From positions 17,174,001 through 17,238,000 of the forward strand of contig NC_092674.1 of assembly GCF_964355755.1 (NCBI RefSeq): DNA of 64,000 nt, written 5' to 3'. A program made the translations under genes and the position numbers. How positions within the stretch are numbered: the first letter of the stretch is position 1; every line of letters begins with the position of its first letter. Under the pieces are notes generated by a model, which was not told where the DNA came from, searched no databases, and saw nothing but the letters and a program-made list of their open reading frames with translations. This document shows, in pieces, positions 42,718 to 56,300 of this stretch. The DNA is from Antedon mediterranea (lineage: Eukaryota > Animalia > Echinodermata).

Positions 42718-45700
42718 GCATATAACCATATAACTACATAACGCTGTGGTGTGTGTCACACATTGCGGATTCTTAATTAAACAAATTAATTAACAAAAAA
42801 TTAAAAATCCGGCTCTATAGCTTTGAGGACATGTCCCTGTAGTATGTTCATGCCAAATCCCAGCTCAATACTACAACTAATAAGGGAGGAGTAGTACTTT
42901 AAAAATCGCACTTTTTACTCAATAGTGTCCAGATGGTGGAGGAGAAAATGAGTAAGTACTAGACTCGGGTACCCCGAGTAAAAAGGTCCACTTGTTTAGG
43001 CCTGATATTTACAACCCTCAACAAATATCTTACTTTCAAAAACCATATTTATTTTCCATTTAAAAAAAAAAAGAAAAAAAATATCCATAGAGGTTCGACC
43101 CACTACTCAGAGCACGCAAACCTGAGCATTACCCGTTACGCCACAAACCAGTAGATGACTGAAGAGCTGATAATAGTCTATTTATATGAAATGAATGATC
43201 AATCAATGAAAAATAATGCCATGCAACTTTGTTTCTGATTTTAAAAAAAGATCCACTTGTTTAGGCCAGACATTTACAACCCTCAAAATATCTCATTTTC
43301 AAACAAAATATTTATTTTCAATAAGAAAAAAAAAGCAATATCCCTAGAGGTTGGAACACGCTACTGAGAGCACTCAAACCTGGGTATTACCCGTTACGCC
43401 ACAAACCAGTAGATGACTGAAGAGCTGATAATATGAAATTGATGATCAATCAATGAAAAATAATGCCATGCAACTTTGTTTCTGATTTTAAAAAAGGTCC
43501 ACTTGTTTAGGCCTGACATTTACAACCCTCAAAATCTCTCACTTTCAAAAACAATATTTATTTTCAATTAAAAAAAAAAGAACAAAAATACCCGTATAGG
43601 TTCGAACCCACTGCTGAGAGCACTCAAACCTGAGCATTACCCGTTACGCCACAAAACAGTAGCTGACTGAAGAGCTGATAATATAAAATTAATGTTCACT
43701 CAAGGAAAAATAATGCCATGCAACTTTGTTTCTGATTTTAAAAAAGGTTCACTTCTTTAGGCCTGACATTTTCAACCCTCAAAATATCTCATTTTCAAAA
43801 AAAATATTTATTTTCAATTAAAAAAAAAGAAAAAAGAAATATCCCTAGAGGTTCGACCCACTACTCAGGCACTCAAACCTGAGCATTACCCGTTACGCCA
43901 TCAACAAGTAGATGACTGAAGAGCTGATAATAGTCTATTTATATGAAATAAATAATAAATCAATGAAAAATAATGCCATGCAACTTTGTTTCTGATTTTA
44001 CAAAAAGGTCCACTTGTTTAGGCCTGACATTTACAACCCTCAAAATATCTCACTTTCAAAATCAATATTTATTTTCAATTTTAAAAAAAAAGAAAAAATA
44101 TATCCCTAGAAGTTCGAACCCACTATTGAAATCACTCAAGCCTGAGCATTACCCGTTACGCCGCAAATCAGTAGATGACTGAAGAGCTGATAATAGTCTA
44201 TTTATATGAAATAGATGATCAATATATGAAAAATAATGCCATGCAACTTTGTTTCTGATTTTTAAAAAGGTCCACTTTTTTAGGCCTGACATTTACAACG
44301 CTCAAAATATCTCATTTTCAAAAACAATATTTATTTTCAATGAAAAAAAAAGAAGAAATAAAATACCCGTATAGGTTCGAACCCACTTCTGAGAGCACGC
44401 AAACCTGAGCATAACCCGTTACCCCACAAACCAGTAGATGACTGAAGAGCTGCTAATACTCTATTTATATGAAATAAATAATAAATCAATGAAAAATAAT
44501 GCCATGCAAGTTTGTTTCTGATTTTAAAAAAGGTCCACTTGTTTAGGCCTGATATTTACAACCATCAAAATATCTCACTTTCAAAAACAATATTTATTTT
44601 CAATTAAAAAAAAAAAACAAAAAAAACGTAGAGGTTCGAACCCACTACTGAGTGCACTCAAACCTGAGTATTACCCGTTACGACACAAACCAGTAGATAA
44701 TTGAGTAGCTGATAATAGTCTATTTATATGAAATTAATGCAACTTTGTTTTTTTGTTTAGGCCTGACATTTACAACCCTCAAAATATCTCAATTTCAAAA
44801 ACAATATTTATTTCCAATTAAAAAAAAAAGAAAAAAAATACCCGTATAGGATCGAACCCACTGCTGAGAGCACTCAAACCTGAGCATTACCCGTTACGCA
44901 ACAAACCAGTAGATGACTAAAGAGCTGATAATAGTCTATTTATATGAAATGAATGATCAATCAATTAAAAATAATGCCATGCAACTTTGTTTCTGATTGA
45001 AAAAAAGATCCGTTTGTTTAGGCCTGACATTTACAACTATAACAATATCTCACTTTCAAAAACAATATTTATTTTCAACAAAAAAAAAGAAAAAAAAAGC
45101 AATATCCCTAGAAGTTGGAACCCGCTACTGAGAACACTCAAACCTGGGTATTACCCGTTACGCCACAAACAAGTAGATGACTGAAGAGCTGATAATATGA
45201 AATTAATGATCAATCAATGAAAAATAATGCCATGCAACTTTGTTTCTGATTTTAAAAAAGGTCCACTTCTTTAGACCTGACATTTACAACCCTCAAAATA
45301 TCTCATTTTCAAACAAAATATTTAGTTTCAATTAAAAAAAAAAGAAAAAAGAAATATCCCTAGAGGTTCGAACCCGCTACTAAGAGCACTCAAACCTGGG
45401 TATAACCCGTTACGCCACAAACCAGTAGATGACTGAAGAGCTGATAATATGAAATGAATGATCAATCAATGAAAAATAATGTTATGCAACTTTGTTTCTG
45501 ATTTTAAAAAAGGTCCACTTGTTTAGGCCTGACATTTACAACTATAACAATATCTCACTTTCAAAAACAATATTCATTTTCAAATAAAAAAAAAAAATAG
45601 CAATATCCCTAGAAGTTGGAACCCGCTACTGAGAGCACTCTAACCTGGTTATTACCCGTTACGCCACAAACCAGTAGATGACTGAAGAGCTGATAATATG

Positions 45701-48700
45701 AAATTAATGATCAATCAATGAAAAATAATGCCATGCAACTTTGTTTCTGATTTAAAAAAAGATCCGTTTGTTTAGGCCAGACATTTACAAGTATAACAAT
45801 ATCTCACTTTCAAAAACAATATTTATTTAAAAAAAAAAAAAAAAAAAAGAGGAATATCCCTAGAAGTTGGAACCCGCTACTGAGAGCACTCAAACCTGGG
45901 TATTACCCGTTACGCCACAAACCAGTAGATGACTGAAGAGCTGATAATATGAAATTAATGATCAATCAATGAAAAATAATGCCATGCAACTTTGTTTCTG
46001 ATTTTAAAAAAGGTCCACTTGATTAAGCCTGACATTTACAACCCTCAAAATAACTCACTTTCAAAAACAATATTTATTTTCAATTAAAAATAAAAAAGAA
46101 AAAAAATATCCGAAGAGATTCAAACCCACTACTGAGAGAACTCAAACCTGTGCATTACCGGTTACGCCACAAGCCAGTAGATGACTGGCGAGATCATAAT
46201 AGTCTATTTATATGAAATGAATGATCAATCAATGAAAAATAATGTTACGTAACTTTGTTTCTCATTTTAAAAAAGGTCCACTTATTTTATTTAGGCCTGA
46301 CATTTACAACTATAACAATATCTCACTTTCAAAAACAATATTTATTTTCAAATAAAAAAAAAAGAAAAAAAATATCCCTAGAAGTACGAACCCACTATTG
46401 AAATCACTCAAACCTGAGCATTACCCGTTACGCCGCAAACCAGTAGATGACTGTAAAGCTGATAATAGTCTATTTATAAGAAATGAATGATCAATCAATG
46501 AAAAATAATGCCATGCAACTTTTTTTCTGATTTAAAAAAACATCCGTTTGTTTAGGCCTGACATTTACAACCCTCAAAATATCTCATTTTCAAAAAAATA
46601 TTTTCTTTTCAATAAGAAAAAAAAAGCAATATCCCTAGAAGTTGGAACCCGCTACTGAGAGCACTCAAACCTGCGTATTACCCGTTACGCCACAAACCAG
46701 TAGATGACTGAAGAGCTGATAATATGAAATGAATGATCAATCAATGAAAAATAATGTTATGCAACTTTGTTTCTGATTTTTAAAAAGGTCCACTTGTTTA
46801 GGCCTGACATTTACAACTATAACAATATCTCACTTTCAAAAACAATATTTATTTTCAAAAAAAAAAAAAAAGCAATAAACCTAAAAGTTGGAACCCGCTA
46901 CTGAGAGCACTCAAACCTGGGTATTACCCGTTACGCCACAAACCAGTAGATGACTGAAGAGCTGATAATATGAAATTAATGATCAATCAATGAAAAATAA
47001 TGCCATGCAACTTTGTTTCTGATTTAAAAAAAGATCCGTTTGTTTAGGCCTGACATTTACAAGTATAACAATATCTCACTTTCAAAAACAATATTTATTT
47101 TCAAAAAAAAAAGAGAAAAAAAAAGAGGAATATCCCTAGAAGTTGGAACCCGCTACTGAGAGCACTCAAACCTGGGTATTACCCGTTACGCCACAAACCA
47201 GTAGCTGACTGAAGAGCTGATAATATGAAATGAATGATCAATCAATGAAAAATAATGCCATGCAACTTTGTTTCTGATTTTAAAAAAGGTCCACTTGTTT
47301 AGGCCTGACATTTACAACCCTCAAAATATCTCACTTTCAAAAACAATATTTATTTTCAATTAAAAAAAAAAGAAAAAAAATAACCGTATATGTTCGAACA
47401 CACTGCTGAGAGCACTCAAACCTGAGCATTACCCGTTACACCACAAACCAGTAGATAACCGAAGAGCTGATAATTGTCTATTTATATGAAATGAATGATG
47501 AATCAATGAAAAATAATGCCATGCAACTTGGTTTCTGATTGAAAAAAAAATCGGTTTGTTTAGGTCTGATATTTACAACCCTCAAAATATCTCATTTTAA
47601 AAAAAAAATATATTTTCAATAAGAAAAAAAAAAGCAATATCCCTAGAGGTTGGAACCCGCTACTGAGAGCACTCAAACCTGGGTATTACCCGTTACGCCA
47701 CAAACTCGTAGATGACTGAAGAGCTGATAATATGAAATTAATGATCAATCAATGAAAAATAATGCCATGCAACTCTGTTTCTGATTTTAAAAAAGGTCCA
47801 CTTCTTTAGGCCTGACATTTACAACCCTCAAAATATCTCATTTTCAAACAAAATATTTATTTTCAATTAAAAAAAAAAGAAAAAAGAAATATCCCCAGAG
47901 GTTCGAACCCACTACTGAGAGCACTCAGACCTGAGTATTACCCGTTACGCCACAAACCAGTAGATAATTGAGGAGCTGATAATAGTCTATTTATATGAAA
48001 TTAATGATCAATCAATGAAAAATAATGCCATGCAACTTTGTTTCTGATTTTAAAAAAGGTCCACTTGTTTAGGCCTGACATTTACAATCTCACTTTCAAA
48101 AACAATATTTATTTTCAATTTAAAAAAAAATAAATAAAAATATCCTTAGAGGTGCAAACCCACTACTGCGAGCACTCAAACTTGAGCATCACCCGCTACG
48201 CCACAAACCAGTAGATGACTGAAGAGCTAATAATACTCTATTTATATGAAATTAATAATAAATCAATGAAAAATAATGCTATGCAACTTTGTTTCTGATT
48301 TTAAAAAAGGTCCACTTGTTTAGGCCTGGCATTTACAACCCTCAAAATATCTCACTTTCAAAAACAATATTTATTTACAATTAAAAAAAGAAGAAAAAAA
48401 ACATCCCAAGAGGTTCAAACCCACTACTGAGAGAACTCAAACCTGAGCATTACTGGTTACGCCACAACCAAGTAGATGAGTGAAGAGCTGATAATAGTCT
48501 TTTTATATGAAATAGATGATAAATCAAGGAAAAATAATGCCATTCAACTTTGTTTCTGATTTTAAAAAAGGTCCACTTGTTTAGGCCTGACATTTACAAC
48601 CCTCAATATATCTCACTTTCAAAAACAATATTTATTTTCAATTTAAAAAAAAAATAAATAAAAATAACCTTAGAGGTGCGAACCCACTACTGCAAGCACT

Positions 48701-50211
48701 CAAACTTGAGCATTACCCGCTACGCCACAAACCAGTAGATGACTGAAGAGCTAATAATACTCTATTTATATGAAATGAATAATAAATCAATGAAAAATAA
48801 TGCCATGCAACTTTGTTTCTGATTTTAAAAAAGGTCCACTTGTTTTGGCCTTGCATTTACAACCCTCAAAATATCTCACTTTCAAAAACAATATTTATTT
48901 TCAATTAAAAAAAAAAGAATAAAAATACCCGTACAGTATCGAACCCACTGCTGAGAGCACTCAAACCTGAACATTACCCGTTACGCCACAAACCATGAGA
49001 TGACTGAAGAGCTGATAATAGTCTATTTATATGAAATGAATGATCAATCAATGAAAAATAATGGCATGCAACTTTGTTTCTGATTGAAAAAAAGATCCGT
49101 TTGTTTAGGCCTGACATTTACAACTATAACAATATCTCACTTTCAAAAACAATATTTGTTTAAAAAAAAAAAAAAGAAAAAGCAATTTCCCTAGAAGTTG
49201 GAACCCGCTACTGAGAGCACTCAAACCTGGGTATTACCCGTTACGCCACAAACCAGTAGATGACTGAAGAGCTGATAATATGAAATTAATGATCAATCAA
49301 TGAAAAATAATTCCATGCAACTTTGTTTCTGATTTTAAAAAAAGGTCCACTTCTTTAGGCCTGACATTTACAACCCTCAAAATATCTCACTTCCAAAAAC
49401 AATATTTATTTTCAATTAAAAAAAAAAAGAAAAAAATATTCCTAGAGGTTCGAACTCACTACTCAGAGAACTCAAACCTGAGCATTACCGGTTACGCCAC
49501 AACCCAGTAGATGAGTGAAGAGCTGATAATAGTCTATTTATATGAAATAGATGATCAATCAATGAAAAATAATGCCATGCAACTTTGTTTCTGATTTTAA
49601 AAAAGGTCCACTTGTTTAGGCCTGGCATTTACAACCCTCAAAATATCTCACTTTCAAAAACAATATTTATTTACAATTAAAAAAAAAAAAAAAAATAACC
49701 GTATATGTTCGAACACACTGCTGAGAGCACTCAAACCTGAGCATTACCCGTTACACCACAAACCAGTAGATAACTGAAGAGCTGATAATAGTCTATTTAT
49801 ATGAAATGAATGATCAATCAATGAAAAATAATGTTATGTAACTTTGTTTCTGATTTTTAAAAAGGTCCACTTGTTTAGGCCTGACATTTACAACTATAAC
49901 AATATCTCACTTTTAAAAACAATATTTATTTTCAAATAAAAAAAAAAGAAAAAAAATATCCCTAGAAGTTCGAACCCACCATTGAAATCACTCAAACCTG
50001 AGCATTACCCGTTACGCCGCAAACCAGTAAATGACTGAAGAGCTGATAATAGTCTATATATATCAAATAGATGATAAATCAAGGAAAAATAATGCCATGC
50101 AACTTTGTTTCTGATTTTAAAAAAGGTCCACTTGTTTAGGCCTGACATTTACAACCCTCAAAATATCTCACTTTCAAAAACAATATTTATTTTCAATTAA
50201 AAAAAAAGTAG

Positions 50212-50323
50212 AAAAAATACCCGTGTAGGTTCGAACCCACTGCTGAGAGCACTCAAACCTGAGCATTACCCGTTACGCCACAAACCAGTAGATGACTGAA
50301 GAGCTGATAATAGTCTATTTATA
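50212..50323 (-). promoter_or_regulatory. Representative tRNA-like Pol III cassette of the satellite monomer (present, with variants, in most monomers)
   Basis: On the minus strand: TATAAATA (50323-50316), A box TGGCGTAACGG (50280-50270), D-arm GCGT-AACGGGTA-ATGC, B box GGTTCGAACC (50237-50228), and a T6 run (50217-50212). A-to-B spacing equals that of a tRNA with a 4-nt variable loop. Confidence 0.7.
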
Positions 50324-53300
50324 TGAAATGAATGATCAATCAATGAAAAATAATTTCATGCAACTTGGTTTCTGATTGAAAAAAAGATCCGTTTGTTTAG
50401 GCCTGACATTTACAACCCTCAAAATATCTCATTTTTAAAAAAAAACTTTTATTTTCAATAAGAAAAAAAAAACAATATCCCTAGAGGTTGGAACCCGCTA
50501 CTGAAAGCACTCAAACCTGAGTATTAATCGTTACGCCACAAACTAGTAGATGACTGAAGAGCTGATAATATGAAATTAATGATCAATCAATGAAAAATAA
50601 TGCCATGCAACTTTGTTTCTGATTTTAAAAAAGGTCCACTTCTTTAGGCCTGACATTTACAACCCTCAAAATATCTCATTTTCAAAAAAAATATTTATTT
50701 TCAATTAAAAAAAAAAGAAAAAAGAAATATCCCTAGAGGTTCGAACCCACTACTGACAGCAGTCAGACCTGAGTATTACCCGTTTCGCCACAAACCAGTA
50801 GATAATTGAGGAGCTGATAATAGTCTATTTATATGAAATTAATGATCAATCAATGAAAAATAATGCCATGCAACTTTGTTTCTGATTTTAAAAAAGGTCC
50901 ACTTGTTTAGGCCTGACATTTACAATCTCACTTTCAAAAACAATATTTATTTTCAATTTAAAAAAAAATAAATAAAAATATCCTTAGAGGAGCGAATCCA
51001 CTACTGCGAGCACTCAAACTTGAGCATTACCCGCTACGCCACAAACCAGTAGATGTCGACTGAAGAGCTAATAATACTCTATTTATATGAAATTAATAAT
51101 AAATCAATGAAAAATAATGCCATGCAACTTTGTTTCTGATTTTAAAAAAGGTCCACTTGTTTAGGCCTGGCATTTACAACCCTCAAAATATCTCACTTTC
51201 AAAAACAATATTTATTTTCAATTAAAAAAAAAAGAAAAAAATATCCCAAGAGGTTCAAAGCCACTACTGAGAGAACTCAAACCTGAGCATTACTGATTAC
51301 GCCACAACCCAGTAGATGAGTGAAGAGCTGATAATAGTCTATTTATAAGAAATGAATGATCAATCAATGAAAAATAATGTTATGCAACTTTGTTTCTGAT
51401 TTAAAAAAAGTTCCACTTGTTTAGGCCTGACATTTACGACTATAACAATATCTCACTTTCAAAAACAATATTTATTTTCAAATAAAAAAAAAAGAAAAAA
51501 AATATCCCTAGAAGTTCGAACCCACTATTGAAATCACTCAAACCTGAGCATTACCCGTTACGCCGCAAACCAGTAGATGACTGAAGAGCTGATAATAGTC
51601 TATTTATATGAAATAGATGATCAATCAATGAAAAATAATGCCATGCAACTTTGTTTCTGATTTTAAAAAAGGTCCACTTGTTTAGGCCTGACATTTACAA
51701 CCCTCAAAATATCTCACTTTAAAAAACAATAGTTATTTTCAATTAAAAAAAAAAGAAAAAAAATACCCGTGTAGGTTCGAACCCACTGCTGAGAGCACTC
51801 AAACATGAGCATTACCCGTTACGCCACAAACCAGTAGATGACTGAAGAGCTGATAATATGAAATTAATGATCACTCAATGAAAAATAATGCCATGCAAGT
51901 TTGTTTCTGATTTTAAAAAAAGGTCCACTTGTTTAGGCCTGACATTTACAACCCTCAAAATATCTCATTTTCAAAAAAAAATTATTATTTTCAATTTAAA
52001 AAAAAAGAAAAAAGAAATATCCCTAGAGGTTCGAATCCACTACTGAGAGCACCCAGACCTGAGTATTACCCGTTACGCCACATACCAGTAGATGTCTGAG
52101 GAGCTGATAATAGTCTATTTATATGAAATGAATGATCAATCAATGTAAAATGATGTTGTACAACTTTGTTTCTGATTTTAAAAAAGGTCTACTTGGTTAG
52201 GCATGACATTTACAACCATAAAAATATCTCACTTTCAAAAACAATATTTATTTTCAATTAAAAAAAAATAAAAAAAATACCCGTATAGGTTCAAACCCAC
52301 TGCTGAGAGCACTCAAATCTGAGCATTACCCGTTACGCCACAAACCAGCAGATGACTGAGGAGCTGATAATAGTCTATTTATATGAAATTAATGATCAAT
52401 CAATGAAAAATAATGCCATGCAACTTTGTTTCTGATTTTAAAAAAGGTCCACTTGTTTAGGCCTGACATTTACAACCCTCAAAATATCTCACTTTCCAAA
52501 ACCATATTTATTTTCAATTTAAAAAAAAAAAGAAAAAAAATATCCCTAGAGGTTCGACCCACTACTCAGAGCACTCAAACCTGAGCATTACCCGTTACGC
52601 CACAAACCAGTAGATGACTGAAGAGCTGATAATAGTCTATTTATATGAAATGAATGATCAATCAATGAAAAATAATGCCATGCAACTTTGTTTCTGATTT
52701 TAAAAAAGGTCCACTTGTTTAGGCCTGGCATTTACAACCCTCAAAATATCTCACTTTCAAAAACAATATTTACTTTCAATTAAAAAAAAAAAAGAAAAAA
52801 AATATCCCAAGAGGTTCGAACCTACTACTGAGAGAACTCAAACCTGAGCATTACCGGTTACGCAATAAACCAGTAGATGACTGAAGAGATCATAATAGTC
52901 TATTTATATGAAATGAAAGATCAATCAATGTCAAATGATTTTATGCAACTTTGTTTCTGATTTTTAAAAAGGTCCACTTGGTAAGGCATGACATTTACAA
53001 CCATAAAAATATCTCACTATCAAAAACAATATTTATTTTCAATTAAAAAAAAAAATAAAAAAATATTCCTAGAGGTTCGAACCCACTACTGAGAGAACTC
53101 AAACCTGAGCATTACCAGTTACGCCACAACCCAGTAGATGAATGAAGAGCTAATAATAGTCTATTTATATGAAATGAATGATCAATCAATGAAAAATAAT
53201 GTTATGAAACTTTGTTTCTGATTTTAAAAAAGGTCCACTTGTTTAGGCATGACATTTACAACCCTCAAAATATATCATTTTCAAAAACAATATTTATTTT

Positions 53301-56300
53301 CAATAAAAAAAAAAAAATACCCGTATAGGTTCGAACCACTGCTGAGAGCACTCAAACCTGAGCATTACCCGTTACGCCACAAACCAGTAGATGACTGAAG
53401 AGCTGATAATAGTCTATTTATAAGAAATGAATGACCAATCAATGAAAAATAATGCCATGCAACTTTTTTTCTGATTGAAAAAAACATCCGTTTGTTTAGG
53501 CCTGACATTTAAAACCCTCAAAATATCTCATTTTCAAAAAAAAAAATTATTTTCAATAAGAAAAAAAAAGCAATATCCCTAGAGGTTAGAACCCGCTACT
53601 GAGAGCACTCAAACCTGGGTATTAGCCGTTACGCCACAAACCAGTAGATGACTGAAGAGCTGATAATATGAAATTAATGATCAATCAATGAAAAATAATG
53701 CCATGCAACTTTGTTTCTGATTTTAAAAAAGGTCCACTTCTTTAGGCCTGACATTTACAACCCTCAAAATATCTCATTTTCAAACAAAATATTTATTTTC
53801 AATAAAAAAAAAAAGAAAAAAGAAATATCCCTAGAGGTTCGAACCCACTACTGAGAGCACTCAGACCTGAGTATTACCCGTTTCGCCACAAACCAGTAGA
53901 TGACTGAGGAGCTGATAATAGTCTATTTATATAAAATTAATGATCAATCAATGAAAAATAATGCCATGCAACTTTGTTTCTGATTTTAAAAAAGGTCCAC
54001 TTGTTTAGGCCTGACATTTACAACCCTCAAAATATCTCACTTTCAAAAACAATATTTATTTTCAATTTAAAAAAAAAAGAAAAAAAAACACCCGTGTAGG
54101 TTGGAACCCTCTGCTGAGAGCACTCAAACCTGAGCATTACCCATTAAGCCACAAACCAGTAGATGACTGAAGAGCTGATAATATGAAATGAATTATCAAT
54201 CAATGAAAAATAATGTTATGCAACTTTGTTTCTGATTTTTAAAAAGGTCCACTTGTTTAGGCCTGACATTTACAACTATAACAATATCTCACTTTCAAAA
54301 ACAATATTTATTTAAAAAAAAAAAAAAAAAAGCAATATCCCTAAAAGTTGGAACCCGCTACTGAGAGCACTCAAACCTGGGTATTACCCGTTACGCCACA
54401 AACCAGTAGATGACTGAAGAGCTGATAATATGAAATTAATGATCAATCAATGAAAAATAATGCCATGCAACTTTGTTTCTGATTTTAAAAAAGGTCCACT
54501 TCTTTAGACCTGACATTTACAACCCTCAAAATATCTCATTTTCAAACAAAATATTTATTTTCAATTAAAAAAAAAGAAAAAAGAAATATCCCTAGAGGTT
54601 CGAACCCGCTACTGAGAGCACTCAAACCTGGGTATTACCCGTTACGCCTCAAACCAGTAGATGACTGAAGAGCTGATAATATGAAGTGAATGATCAATCA
54701 ATGAAAAATAATGTTATGCAACTTTGTTTCTGATTTTAAAAAAGGTCCACTTGATTAGGCCTGACATTTACAACTATAACAATATCTCACTTTCAAAAAC
54801 AATATTTATTTTCAAATAAAAAAAAAAATAGCAATATCCCTAGAAGTTGGAACCCGCTACTGAGAGCACTCTAACCTGGGTATTACCCGTTACGCCACAA
54901 ACCAGTAGATGACTGAAGAGCTGATAATATGAAATTAATGATCAATCAATGAAAAATAATGCCATGCAACTTTGTTTCTGATTTAAAAAAAGGTCCACTT
55001 CTTTAGGCATGACATTTACAACCCTCAAAATATCTCATTTTCAAAAGAAATATTTATTTTCAATAAGAAAAAAAAAAGCAATATCCCTAGAGGTTGGAAC
55101 CCGCTACTGAGAGCACTCAAACCTGGGTATTACCCGTTACGCCACAAACCAGTAGATGACTGGCGAGCTGATAATATGAAATTAATGATCAATCAATGAA
55201 AAATAATGCCATGCAACTTTGTTTCTGATTTTAAAAAAGGTCCACTTCTTTAGGCCTGACATTTACAACCCTCAAAATATCTCACTTTCAAAAACAATTT
55301 TTATTTTCAATTTAAAAAAAAAAAAAAAAAATCCCTAGAGGTTCGAACCCACTACTGAGAGCACTCAAACCTGAGTATTACGCGTTACGCCACAAACCAG
55401 TAGATGACTGAAGAGCTGATAATAGTCTATTTATATGAAATTAATTATCAATCAATGAAAAATAATGCCATGCAACTTTGTTTCTGATTTTAAAAAAGAT
55501 CCATTTGTTAAGGCCTGACATTTACCACCCTCAAAATATCTCATTTTCAAAAGAAATATTTATTTTCAATAAGAAAAAAAAAGCAATATCCCTAGAGGTT
55601 GGAACCCGCTACTAAGAGATCTCAAACCTGGGTATTACCCGTTACGCCACAAACCAGTAGATGACTGGAGAGCTGATAATAGTCTATTTATATGAAATTA
55701 ATTATCAATCAATGAAAAATAATGCCATGCAACTTTGTTTCTGATTTTAAAAAAAGGTCCACTTCTTTAGGCCTGACAATTACAACCCTCAAAATATCTC
55801 ATTTTCAAAAACAATATTTATTTTCAATTTAAAAAAAATAATAATAAAAATATCTCTAGAGGTTCGACCCACTACTCAGAGCACTCAAACCAGAGCATTA
55901 CCCGTTACGCCACAAACCAGTAGATGACTGAAGAGCTGATAATAGTCTATTTATATGAAATGAATGATCAATCAATGAAAAATAATGCCATGCAACTTTG
56001 TTTCTGATTTTAAAAAAGGTCCACTTCTTTAGGCCTGACATTTACAACCCTCAAAATATCTCACTTTCAAAAACAATATTTATTTTTAATTTAAAAAAAA
56101 AAAAAAAAATCCCTAGAGGTTCGAACCCACTACTGAGAGCACTCAAACCTGAGTATTACGCGTTACGCCACAAACCAGTAGATGACTGAAGAGCTGATAA
56201 TAGTCTATTTATATGAAATTAATTATCAATCAATGAAAAATAATGCCATGCAACTTTGTTTCTGATTTTAAAAAAGATCCATTTGTTAAGGCCTGACATT

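Larger units (their letters stand above)
42284..42980 (-). mobile_element. Second copy of the ~697 bp HINE, nearly identical to 35196-35892
   Basis: Same termini, same insertion point and same flanking monomer variants, offset by 7088 bp. The only difference noticed is tcatcata versus tcaccata. Confidence 0.85.
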
